Shown piece after piece: positions 38,713 through 49,322 of a stretch of 64,000 nucleotides of DNA (its first letter is position 1; every line of letters starts with the position of its first letter). The notes under the pieces were generated by a model that worked only from the letters and a program-made list of their open reading frames with translations, had not been told where the DNA came from and made no database searches. The stretch comes from Nemertoderma westbladi (Eukaryota > Animalia > Xenacoelomorpha). A program made the position numbers and the translations under genes. The DNA is taken from positions 24,550 through 88,549 of the forward strand of contig JAUCBJ010009081.1 in assembly GCA_032718475.1 (NCBI GenBank), written 5' to 3'.

Positions 38713-39768
38713 GGCCGGAGTAGCCCCCCCCCCCCATGTGGAAATTTCAAATATTTGTTTTTTATTTAATCTATAGGTAAATTTAATGACGATTTCAAAT
38801 GTGAAATCCGTTAGCGAGATCTGTTTTATTTCTCGAGTTAGTGCAGTTTTTCCATAAGACATAAGTTTTGTCATAAGTTTTTCCGTCAAATTGTAAGAAA
38901 GACAGACAACTGACGACAGTCAGACAAGATCCCACAAAACAATAAAACTGACATCGGAAATGAAATCTGCGACCCCGAAAACCCCCGTAATGAGTTTTAG
39001 CTCGGTAATTTGTTTCTTTTGTGCCACAAATGTTTAACCAACCAGAGACCCAGTTTTGGCCGTAATGGTTAAACTTTGAAGGCAATTATCTCGGAATGAC
39101 ATTTTTCAGTTGGAAATTACTACTTCTCCGCCATTTTTCAACCAATTTTCTTTATTTTTGACTTACTCGAAAGGTTTTCGATAGTTCTTTGAAAGTTATC
39201 GGTTGGAATTTTTATATTTCTCTTTTTACAGACAATTTTTCAGTTTACAGCCAAAAATTATTGTAAATTTTGTCAAATTTTCATAAATATTAATAATATT
39301 AATAATTTTTCATAAAAACGCAAAACTAAAAATTTTAACCGATAACGTTTGTGGATGGAGCTCACTTCGTAATTCAAAAAAAATTTGTATCAGCCAATTT
39401 CACCTCAGATTGAATGACTAATTAGACTTGTGAGTGGTCCCTGTTTCGAATCCCGGTCCCAGCGTTAATTTTTCAACAGGTCCATACAGTATCTTTCTAT
39501 GGTTCTATTTGAACTTCACCAGCGGGTGTCGGCCTTCAACATCTTTAATATTGAATGACTAGTTAGCATTTTAGCCGCTAATAGTGTTCCATTCATGGCC
39601 GCTAGAGGGCGACTGGAAATTGGAAAATTTTACGATAAAACAAATGTTTAGCCATATTTTAACAGCCCGTACTGTATAAAATCAAAATATTTTCATTTTC
39701 AGTAGAAATTGTAGACATTTAAATAGGTATTGGGTGGGGGGGGGGGGGGGGGGGTGGGTATTCCGGCC
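38713..39768. mobile_element. Non-autonomous Kolobok-like DNA transposon (~1.06 kb)
   Basis: TTAA on both sides; termini ggccggagtag(c)n ... (g)n tgggtattccggcc. RR..YY ends with a TTAA TSD are typical of Kolobok. Confidence 0.7.
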
Positions 39769-40635
39769 TTAAGTATAATATACTGTAATAGCAGTTCGTG
39801 GAAGCAAAAGAAAGCGAGAATAGCATATTCTAAAACTTAATTCCTTGTTTCTATAATATTTTATTTGAGACATTGAAGATGAACAGAAAATTAAGTTGGG
39901 GGGGGGGGGGGGGGTAGTTTTTCTTATTTTGTACGTATCTCCAATGTGGTTGAAAAATGCATAGAAAAAATGTTATACCATCGAAAAGAGATCATCAGAA
40001 GTACATAAATTTTGGCGCCCCCTAGCGGCCTGCGTGAGATTTTAAAGATTTCACTAAAAAGACTACTCCTCAGTTATTTTTCGATACCAAATTTTTTGGA
40101 ACCAGCATGTTCATTTTCATCATATTTTTTGCGCACTTTTTGTATTTTGGTTTTCTACAGTACTGTATTTCTGATAATTGATGATTTTGTAAAAAAAAAT
40201 TATCTAATTGTTGTAATTTTTCATTCAAAAAATGCGGAAATATTATTGAATTAAGAAAAGTGCGTGAAATTTATTGAAGCCTATCACATTACCTTTCATA
40301 TAAAGCCAACATTGTAAAAAACGGTAAAGAAATGGCGGTGGTTGTAGAGATATCACATTAGAGACTGGGAGACCATAGAACATGGCTCGCCCCATTATAT
40401 ACTGGATAGGTATATATAGTAGAGTAGTGGATATAGTTCCATACATACTTAGTTATTATTATGTCTGTCAGTATATAGCATGCAGTAGTCATGCAGATAT
40501 AGTTATCTGAGAGTATCAGAATATAAGATATGAAGTACTACAGTCTGACAGTGTTATGCTCACCAGTACGTTCATATCCCCATAGTGGTGTAGTATTTTT
40601 CGTGCGAAAAAATGTCATTCTGAGATAATCGCCTT

Positions 40636-41099
40636 TAAATTTCAAACCTTCCCGCGCAAAACAGTACAGGTGGTATTGTACCATAAAGCTCGCCGTTTGT
40701 CATGTGTTGTCTCCAGCTGATGTTTAGGGCTGCCCTTAGTAGTCTTGTGTAGCAACCATCAATTCTTTGTTCAAGTGATTTAGTCAGTGTCCAGGTCTCA
40801 TCCCCTTATAAAAATACACTTTCCACTGTGGCTCGAAAGAACTTAGTCTTCAGGTGCCTGGAAAGATCTGATTTCAAGATGGTATCCATTTTTGATAGCG
40901 CTACCCTTGCCTTTGCTTTCCTAACTTCTATGTCCTTTTTGCTATTCTCTATCCATGACCCAAGGTACTGTAAGTCGTCAACCTTCCTTAGTTAATTATT
41001 ATCAATGGTTGTCAAGTTTCCATCAACATTAAAGGTCATGAATTCGGTCTTGGTAGCATTTATATGCAATCCAACCTCCTTAGCAGCCCTCTCCAATTT
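40636..41099 (-). mobile_element. Decayed RTE-type LINE, 3' part of RT region (host of the intact LINE)
   Basis: Translates KLERAAKEVGLHINATKTEFM..QYLGSWI..RKAKA..FRATVESVFL*GDETWTLT..GCYTRLLRAALNISW, with stop codons. Confidence 0.85.
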
Positions 41100-41398
41100 A
41101 TTTAGTTTTTTTTAGTATTGTATTTGTAATTATATAAACTCCAACAAGCAACCTAATGCTATTGTTGTAAATTGCACACAAGAAATATAAGAACAAAACC
41201 CGTCACCGTCACTACTATACCTACAAGACTATACCTACTATAGACCTACAAGCACTTAATTACTTGCACACTTTTACGAACCGGAACCGCATTAATAACA
41301 TAAAATAAGCACCAAAATACTGCAAAGATAGGTAATAAAGTGTAATATATGGGCATGCACATTGTATGGGATACTAATAGTTTTTGTAACAGAGTTTA

Positions 41399-44300
41399 TC
41401 AGCATCCTATTATAGCGGACCTTATTGCCATTGCTTTATACACAAAAATGCCAAAATTTTTGATTATTGCTTCCGATTTTGATGACAAAAGTGAATGGAA
41501 TCCATTAATACTTGGAGAGCGATACATAACCACAGGTAAGAACTTACTTCTTGTTTCGGAATAGGCAGAGCAAACCAGGGTAAAATGTAATTCGTCCTCA
41601 ACCTCGCCACTCTTACACACCGGACATACCCTTTCATCAATTTCCTGCCGAGGCCTAGCCCATCTACCCACCTCAATTTGGAGGCTATGTGACGTTGAGC
41701 GCAAGCGTGCTATCGCGACCCTAAGCTGTGGGGCGTCTGCCAGACTGTTTAAGTACTTTTCAGTTCCAAAATTTGTCTTAACGTATAATCTTCCTTTTGG
41801 TGAATTTTGAATAGAATGCCGCCACCCTTGAATAAATTGGTCCCATATAACACGCTTGGCATTATCTAGGAATTGTCGCTCATTTTCCACCCTCTGGCTT
41901 ACCCAAGCCCAACTCATACCCAGATTGTTCAAACAATCCCGAATGTGGGTCGCCCAATTGGTTACATTGTTGGATATACTGGCATCGTGATATAATATAT
42001 TATACACCTGTTTCGTGATTTTTTTATCCGACATTTTAATTAGTCTTACCCAGAATTTTATGGCTGCAAAAACATGTTTCACTTTAAGCGGTGCCACGCC
42101 CGTTTCACCATAAACCATAAAATTTGGCGTGCTAGATTTGACACCGATAATCCTTTTCAAATAACCTAGATGTACTCTTTCAATGTCTGTGGCTTTGTGG
42201 AATGCCCATATTTCAGAACCATAACTAAGTACCGGTATAATTAAAGACTGAAATAGGTTATATCTAAGGTCAAACCCTATATATGGAAATTCTAACAAAT
42301 ACTTATTGAGAGAAAATAGGGCCTTGCTTCCCTTGTCGGCCAAAAGTTTTTGCGCTGGCGTGAATGAACCCATACATGACATCTTAATACCCAAGTAGGT
42401 GTAGTGTGGCACGGTCTCTATATCATTCCCTTTGTATGTCCATTTTTCAGTTAACTGGAGCGTACCCCCTTTGCGGAAGACTACCACATTCGATTTTTTG
42501 AGGTTAACTTGCAATCCCCAATAGTCAGAGAAATCACCAAGAATGTCTAAAGAATGTTGCAGTTTATTCGCACTATCCGCAACCAGAACGATATCATCTG
42601 CATATAAGAGGATCAATAAGTGAAAATATCCTATATCCAAACCACTGAAACCACCTTTCCCCAATTCAGCTTCCAGATCATTCATGAAAAATGAGAATAA
42701 AATTGGTGACAAACACTCGCCCTGAATAACTCCCATGTAAGAGTCAAATTCGTTTGATAAAAGGCCATTAGATTTAACACAAGATTTGACGTTAGAGTAC
42801 ATACTCTTAATTACCTTAAATAGATTGCCGCTGAAACCCATGCAATCTAGTTTGAACCACAAAGCCTCTCTGTTTATGGAATCAAAGGCCTTGGCGAAAT
42901 CTATAAAGGCACAATAAAGTTTACCTTTCGTTCCACCAACACCAATGAAGTGATTAATAAGGCCACTCAGGGCGAAAATGTGGTCTGTTGTGCGGTATCC
43001 CTCCCTGAAACCTGCCTGTGACTCTGTGATAATGTCCAGGCAGTCCGACCAAAAGCCTAACCTCTTGTTAATTAAACTAGTGAATAGCTTCGCAATACAG
43101 CTGATAAGGGAAATTCCTCGATAATTTTCTGGCAATTTAATGGACCCCTTATTTTTATAAATCGGTGAAATTACAGCCACTGCCCATGCTCTCGGAAAGT
43201 AACCAGATGACAGAATAGAGTTAAATAGCACCGTAAAAACTGGCACCAGAGTTTCTTTGCCTTCAATTAAAAATTCATTAACAATTTGGTCCACACCGGG
43301 TGCTTTACCTCGTTTGAGCCCATTAACTCCCAAAAAAACTTCTTCCTCTGTAAATGGCTGTGATAACTCGTTTTCGAACATTTGCTTACTTTCCGCAAAA
43401 TTTGCTGATCCTGGTGGTTTTACACCAGTATTAATAAACTCATTGTTCTGCGAATACAGTTTATTATAATAATTTTGGAAGTCAGTAATGCTAGGTCCAA
43501 GGGCAGTGCTCCCACCGTGTCCATTATTTTGGTTACCGCTCGCGGATGCGAGAAGCTTCCAGAACTTTTTTGAGTCAGCTACTTTAACGGATTCCAATTT
43601 AGTTGATTTTGATCGCTTATAAACTGTTTTTGCTTTTCTCAGGCACCTACTGTAGGCTGAGCGAGCCAGAGAAAGTACTCTATGTGTCTCAGGTGTTGGA
43701 TTGTTTTTCCAACCATTTAACGTAGTGCGAAAAGTTTGACGGTATTGAAAGCATTCGTCTGTATACCAGGGAAAAGAATTATGCAAAGCCCCACGGTCCT
43801 CCATACTTTGACATTCACTTGGTTTGAAATAGCGGTCTGCCACTTTAGAAATGCAGTCCGTTATTTCAGCTGTTGCGCTATCAATAGATTCTTGGCTATA
43901 CTCACCCTCGCATAGGTTGTTGCAAATATCATTCATTTCAGTCTGAACATTAGCTGAATCTAGGTCGTTAACAAATTTGTACGACAATTTTTCTTTCCAT
44001 ACATATCGCTTCACTTTTGGGGTGGCAATATCAAACTTGTTATTTACCATAACTTTATTTATTTTCCACGAGAATGTTGCACTGACAACACAGTGCTTAC
44101 CAAAAATATTCGCGTCACCCACCCAAAAACCAGAACAATTATTTAACATCGCTTGACTACAAACAATGTAATCAATTGTGGAGCCACCAACTTTATTCCT
44201 AGAAGAAGTACGAAATGTTAATTTTCCGGTGGAAGCGTCGCACCCAGACCTCCCGTTTAAAATCCTTATACCCGTGTCTTTACACAATTGGATGAGCCTC

Positions 44301-44986
44301 CTACCATGCGGGTTTACCACTTTATCCTGGTTAGTACGGTGCTTATTGATATTAATAAAAAAATTATTACTACCTAGAGGTCCTTCACCGTTGTCATCGT
44401 CATCGTACACGTAATCAGGCGGTAGCAAATCATCTAATACCGTATTTCTATCTAAGGATTCCCTTTGAATAAAGTCTACATCGGTTCCGGTTCTGGCATT
44501 TAAATCGCCAAGTAAAATTAATTCTTTATCTACGCCAAAACGTGCCAGCCCTTCTTCAATTTTATTAAAAAGTCGGGAAGGGTCACCAGAGTGAGCAGTC
44601 GAGCCATCTGGTGGGATATAGGCAGCACATAGTAATATATCTTTAGGCAAATCAAGGTCAACGCTATCTAAATTTATAAAAATCAGGTCTTCATCTTTTT
44701 CTAACACCGAAACAACCCCAGTTAAATTTGTTTTATGGAATATAGTAACACCACCACTATATCTCTTAGCTCTAAAGTGCTTTCTACACCTAGTTATAGA
44801 AATATCTTTGTAACCTGGAATTTCTACATTACACTTAGTTATTGGCCCTAACCATGTCTCAACACAAATAAATATATCATATTTATTCACCAATTCAATA
44901 AAATCAATGTCGCTTAACTTTGATGTCAGGCCCTCTGTATTAAGTAGACCGAAAGATAGTTCCTTCACACTGGTCTCTGCAATCAA
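41399..44986 (-). CDS. LINE ORF2: AP endonuclease, reverse transcriptase, C-terminal CCHC finger (1195 aa)
   Basis: EN motifs N-EG, ETW, GDLNAR, IDY; RT motifs KAPGVD, NYRGISL, QAGFR, FIDFAKAFDS, QG..LSP, YADD, YLG; C-terminal CPVC..EDELHF..C. Confidence 0.95.
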   Translation of the reverse strand: MIAETSVKELSFGLLNTEGLTSKLSDIDFIELVNKYDIFICVETWLGPITKCNVEIPGYKDISITRCRKHFRAKRYSGGVTIFHKTNLTGVVSVLEKDEDLIFINLDSVDLDLPKDILLCAAYIPPDGSTAHSGDPSRLFNKIEEGLARFGVDKELILLGDLNARTGTDVDFIQRESLDRNTVLDDLLPPDYVYDDDDNGEGPLGSNNFFININKHRTNQDKVVNPHGRRLIQLCKDTGIRILNGRSGCDASTGKLTFRTSSRNKVGGSTIDYIVCSQAMLNNCSGFWVGDANIFGKHCVVSATFSWKINKVMVNNKFDIATPKVKRYVWKEKLSYKFVNDLDSANVQTEMNDICNNLCEGEYSQESIDSATAEITDCISKVADRYFKPSECQSMEDRGALHNSFPWYTDECFQYRQTFRTTLNGWKNNPTPETHRVLSLARSAYSRCLRKAKTVYKRSKSTKLESVKVADSKKFWKLLASASGNQNNGHGGSTALGPSITDFQNYYNKLYSQNNEFINTGVKPPGSANFAESKQMFENELSQPFTEEEVFLGVNGLKRGKAPGVDQIVNEFLIEGKETLVPVFTVLFNSILSSGYFPRAWAVAVISPIYKNKGSIKLPENYRGISLISCIAKLFTSLINKRLGFWSDCLDIITESQAGFREGYRTTDHIFALSGLINHFIGVGGTKGKLYCAFIDFAKAFDSINREALWFKLDCMGFSGNLFKVIKSMYSNVKSCVKSNGLLSNEFDSYMGVIQGECLSPILFSFFMNDLEAELGKGGFSGLDIGYFHLLILLYADDIVLVADSANKLQHSLDILGDFSDYWGLQVNLKKSNVVVFRKGGTLQLTEKWTYKGNDIETVPHYTYLGIKMSCMGSFTPAQKLLADKGSKALFSLNKYLLEFPYIGFDLRYNLFQSLIIPVLSYGSEIWAFHKATDIERVHLGYLKRIIGVKSSTPNFMVYGETGVAPLKVKHVFAAIKFWVRLIKMSDKKITKQVYNILYHDASISNNVTNWATHIRDCLNNLGMSWAWVSQRVENERQFLDNAKRVIWDQFIQGWRHSIQNSPKGRLYVKTNFGTEKYLNSLADAPQLRVAIARLRSTSHSLQIEVGRWARPRQEIDERVCPVCKSGEVEDELHFTLVCSAYSETRSKFLPVVMYRSPSINGFHSLLSSKSEAIIKNFGIFVYKAMAIRSAIIGC

Positions 44987-47214
44987 TCTGGGGTTATAAT
45001 CGCTTCGATTGGAGGGATATTATTGGGGTCCTCATTATTTAGTAGAAGTTGGTCGGGTGGCTCTTCACCACATCCTGGGTTATCCGAACCAGGTCCACCG
45101 ACCCGCACAGACTGCGACCGTTGTGCCGTTCCGCTAGGGTTAATGTCTGGGTTAACCGAACCAGGTCCACCGACCCGCCCAGACTGCGACCGTTGTGCCG
45201 TTCCGCTAGGGTTAATGTCTGGGTTAACCGAACCAGGTCCACCGACCCGCCCAGACTGCGACTGTTGTGCCGTTCCGCTAGGGTTAATGTCTGGGTTAAC
45301 CGAACCAGGTCCACCGACCCGCCCAGACTGCGACTGTTGTGCCGTTCCGCTAGGGTTAATGTCTGGGTTAACCGAACCAGGTCCACCGACCCGCCCAGAC
45401 TGCGACCGTTGTGCCGTTCCGCTAGGGTTAATGTCTGGGTTAACCGAACCAGGTCCACCGACCCGCCCAGACTGCGACCGTTGTGCCGTTCCGCTAGGGT
45501 TTATGTCTGGGTTAACCGAACCAGGTCCACCGACCCGCCCAGACTGCGACTGTTGTGCCGTTCCGCTAGGGTTAATGTATGGGTTAACCGAACCAGGTCC
45601 ACCGACCCGCCCAGACTGCGACTGTTGTGACGTTCCGCTAGGGTTTATGTCTGGGTTAACCGAACCAGGTCCACCGACCCGCCCAGACTGCGACTGTTGT
45701 GCCGTTCCACTAGGGTTAATGTCTGGGTTAACCGAACCAGGTCCACCGACCCGCCCAGACTGCGACCCTTGTCTAGGTCCATTCGGGGTTGTTACTCTCC
45801 TACCAGAGCGTGTTCGAGAAGCCGGGCCACCCACGCTATTACTTCGCCTCTCATCCATTCTTTTTTTCCCCTTCCTCCCCCGACTCTTTACAACTTCAAA
45901 AACCTCAGCAGAATCAGCACCTTCGTCATTCCTAGGTGGTGTTATCGTTTGTAACTCGGGTGTGGTTAAGGTCGCATCATCGTTATTCACCATGCAACTT
46001 GCTATCGAGAAGTCCGCTATAACAGCAGAGTCGAAAGTAGGCTGATCGTTCATTTCATTCCCCATAAGGTTATTCATTGTAGTGGCCGAGGAAGTAGAGT
46101 TGGTGTTCATGGTACCGGATCCGGGGTTGTTCACTGGCACCGGTAAGTTATTTCTTCGGCCTGGGTGGTTTCGAGGTTGTCCAATACTGTCGTTATCTGA
46201 ATTCGTCCGTCTGGTTTCTGGCGCTCTCCGTACATCCACGCTTCCAGTGGTACCGGATCTCGGTCCAGAAACAGATGACCTGTTATTGTGGTTAGGATAC
46301 CGGTAACGGTTCCTGTGTTCCAACATCCCTAGGACCTCAGATATTGTACTAACAGAGTCGCGTGGACTAGGTCCACAGCGCAGATCCCAGCCACTAAAGC
46401 GTCTGTCATTAATAAGGAGCGTATTGCCCTGTACCTTGCTGGTAAAACCCTGAGATCTAGCATCCCGTGACAGCCTGAACAAGGTTTCGCGCTGTGATCG
46501 GATCTCATATGGAAAGTCTTCAGTAATTTTGTACTCCGTACCTGCGAGCCAAGACCGTGCCCGCCCCAGTACGTATTTTTTATCCTTTATGGAGAGGAAC
46601 TCGACTTTGATTGGTCTGGGTAAACTTTGGTGTTCGCGTCGAAGGCCCAGCCGAAACACTTCCTCGAGTTTGAACTCATATTCGCATTCAAGATACTCAT
46701 AGAGAAACTGTTCGACGACTTGTTCAGCGATTTCCCCCGCTCGCTCAGGGATCCCCTTGATGATTACGTTTCTGCGGGTTACACCTGACTGTGCCAAAAT
46801 GGCCTGTTTGAGTGCCTCTTTTGCGATACTACCGTTATAGTCCACTTGTGCTTTTACCTCGCCAACCACACCTCTAATTTCTTCTATACCGCGCGAAATA
46901 GTTTTCATTTCCTTTGCCATTCCAGGGATGAGTAAGAGAATTTCGTTCGTTGGCAAATTGTCTTGCGCTAGGATACCACTGCGTCCACTACTGGAGACTC
47001 GGAGCCTCTTGTTATTTGCCACATTGCCGCTGTTATCGGTACCGGTATCTGTACTACTACGTGTACTTTCCGTTACGTTACCGGCCGTTGCCACCGCCAA
47101 GTTAATAGGTGACCCCACCTGAGTAGTGCTAAAAGTGCTAGAGTCTAAACCTTCATCCGTATCCATCCAGTCATATGCCGTTGCTCCACTACCGATGACG
47201 GTAGTAGAAATCAT
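44983..47214 (-). CDS. LINE ORF1 (L1-ORF1-like RRM/CTD) with a long disordered, repetitive C-terminus (743 aa)
   Basis: RRNVIIKGIPE..RLG..PRPIKVEF..ITEDFP..R..L motifs after a coiled-coil-like segment; lies directly upstream of ORF2. Confidence 0.85.
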   Translation of the reverse strand: MISTTVIGSGATAYDWMDTDEGLDSSTFSTTQVGSPINLAVATAGNVTESTRSSTDTGTDNSGNVANNKRLRVSSSGRSGILAQDNLPTNEILLLIPGMAKEMKTISRGIEEIRGVVGEVKAQVDYNGSIAKEALKQAILAQSGVTRRNVIIKGIPERAGEIAEQVVEQFLYEYLECEYEFKLEEVFRLGLRREHQSLPRPIKVEFLSIKDKKYVLGRARSWLAGTEYKITEDFPYEIRSQRETLFRLSRDARSQGFTSKVQGNTLLINDRRFSGWDLRCGPSPRDSVSTISEVLGMLEHRNRYRYPNHNNRSSVSGPRSGTTGSVDVRRAPETRRTNSDNDSIGQPRNHPGRRNNLPVPVNNPGSGTMNTNSTSSATTMNNLMGNEMNDQPTFDSAVIADFSIASCMVNNDDATLTTPELQTITPPRNDEGADSAEVFEVVKSRGRKGKKRMDERRSNSVGGPASRTRSGRRVTTPNGPRQGSQSGRVGGPGSVNPDINPSGTAQQSQSGRVGGPGSVNPDINPSGTSQQSQSGRVGGPGSVNPYINPSGTAQQSQSGRVGGPGSVNPDINPSGTAQRSQSGRVGGPGSVNPDINPSGTAQRSQSGRVGGPGSVNPDINPSGTAQQSQSGRVGGPGSVNPDINPSGTAQQSQSGRVGGPGSVNPDINPSGTAQRSQSGRVGGPGSVNPDINPSGTAQRSQSVRVGGPGSDNPGCGEEPPDQLLLNNEDPNNIPPIEAIITPD
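45076..45768 (-). repeat. 72-bp coding tandem repeat in ORF1 (GRVGGPGSVNPDINPSGTAQ[Q/R]SQS), 9 full copies plus a partial
   Basis: Direct reading; in frame and nearly identical. Confidence 0.95.
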
Positions 47215-47357
47215 TCTAGTAACTGTAATACTGGCAGACTTATTACTGCACTAATGTAGGCCTATTATATAAGTTCAATATGAGTATTAAATACAGTAGT
47301 AATTCAGCAATGTACTGCAATGCCAAGTACTGAACTTGAAGTTGAACTTGAACTTGA

Positions 47358-47650
47358 GTACAGAAGCTGTGCATCTGCTAGGGTATTAGAGAGCAGGACG
47401 ATGTCATCCGCAAAGTCGGTGTCTGTGACTGTAGTTGCCGGATATCTACTACTTCTGCGTTCGTGAAGTGTGAATCCCAGATTTTCACCCTTTGTGGCTG
47501 TCCTTATTGCGTAATCCAGCACGATTACAAATAGTAATGGTGGTTATGTGTCACCTTGCAGTACGCCAGGGCCAGCCAGGATTGAGAATAACTCAGTTTC
47601 ACCATCTGGTGAGAGTACGTGTGCTTCTGTGTCACAATATAACAATCCAA
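47358..47650 (-). mobile_element. Decayed RTE-type LINE, 5' part of RT region (continues at 41099)
   Basis: SPDGETE..GVLQGDT*PPLLFVIVLDYAIR..DTDFADDIVLLSN..AQLL. Confidence 0.85.
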
Positions 47651-49322
47651 TGCCAGGACATGTACAGGACATGTAAAAGATATATTATTTTGAATTGGTT
47701 TATATTCAATTGAATTGTTTTATAAGATTGAATTTAGAGTCTTATTGACGTTTGAAATTTTACATACTGGAATAATAAGTATTAGAAATGGTCTTTATCA
47801 ACTATAGGGCTATTTAAATATAAAATTATAATAAATATATAAATAAATAATACATAAAAAATGTTCTAACCACTCCACTGTCGGCTACAGGTACGTTGTA
47901 AGGACGCACTGGGAGATTGTTGGATGTTAAAGCTTTTGCGGCAAAAATGTGTCGTTTTTGTGCAATTCGCGAACTACTCTAAAAGGCTTGCCCCCTCCGG
48001 TGAGAAGAGAATTGGCTAGCACGGATTTAAGGTCTGGCGAGTTAATTACCCAGGTAGTTGAATCTGATAGGCTTCCCACCATTCTAGATGAGCCTGAAAT
48101 AATTAGGACTGTTATTAAGTCTACTCCCTTAGTGGAGACTCCTCTACTGATAGAATCCGATTCTAGATTCCCTTTAGAAAGTACCAACAACAAGGCCCCT
48201 TAACAAGTAGTCAAACCCCAGAATCCAAGATTGGCGTTAAACTAGGAGAATGCAAGTTGTTCGGACCTGGATTATCCCCGAGTATCCCCTGGATTGTCCC
48301 CTGGATTATCATCGAGTGTTTGGAAGATCCTCCCAAATTGATGGCGTTAAAGTTCATCGGACATCCTGATGGATTAAGAAAAGTCTGGGATACACTCAAT
48401 ATCAGGTATGGTAATAGGACTAACATATCTAGATACTTGTATGCGAAATTAGTAGCGCCCAGGAGATTCCCTAGTAATGGAATCATAGAGTTTTCCAATG
48501 AGATTCAGGAGATCTGTAGATAGTTAGACTGGTTAGATAAATCTCACGAGTACCAAAGTTCTATGATAGTAGGAGCTGTAGCTGAGTCTTTGCCAAAAGG
48601 CGGAGTAGGAACTCATTGGGACAAAAAGGTTTTATACTTTGCAGACCAGCATGGGAGAGATCTTACTACATTCCTTGAGACAGGAGAGTTAAGATTGCAG
48701 CTTATTAAACAGTCTAGAGAGAAGACTCCTGAAACTAAGGTAAGCGAGAAACCGGTTGTTAGGAGAAAGGTAACTACTGTATGTTACACCGAGTATGAAA
48801 GTCAAACCTCATACGATGATGACAGCGGCCAAGATATTGCACGTATACTACACAAATAAGTGTAAGGACATGGGACAACCCAAGGTTCGGCCTAATAACA
48901 ACAGGAGAGAACAACTCAAGACTCCTCCGACATCACCCAAGCCCGAAGAAAGAACTCGTGTACAAAACACAGTCCAATAAAAGGTAACTAATCTTAAACC
49001 TAAGTTTGTTATGCGAGGGGCTGCACTATTTAAGTAAGTGTGAGGAATTCTTGAGGAAAGACCTCAAAGACAGGTGTAGTGTAACTTGGGATAAGAGGTT
49101 TTGCTACAATTGTTTGAGGAGAGGACATCAGAGGAAGACTTGCTATTTAGACGCTAAGTGTGCTAAGTGTGGAGCTAAACACCACTTGTTATTACACAGC
49201 GAGTTAGATAAGCTGAGTGAACCAGAATTGCACGTCCAATTCAGCGACGTGAATGACACAGACCAGATGGAGATGGAAGGATTCTGTACTGATGAGTTTC
49301 CTGATGAGAATGAATCCTGTTA

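Larger units (their letters stand above)
41100..47357 (-). mobile_element. Apparently full-length, intact two-ORF non-LTR retrotransposon (APE-RT-CCHC; RTE-X-like, clade tentative)
   Basis: Uninterrupted ORF1 and ORF2, short UTRs, A-rich 3' end; splits the host RTE reading AQLLY|KLERAA. Confidence 0.9.

Noticed and set aside
45023-46045. 340-aa antisense Cys-rich ORF (CDCC repeats) and other overlapping frames
   Set aside because: Shadow of the 72-bp in-frame repeat on the strand opposite ORF1; no ATG start or independent evidence.
47880-47950. 5' LTR/PBS of the BEL element
   Set aside because: No matching 3' LTR; the element is truncated within the integrase.
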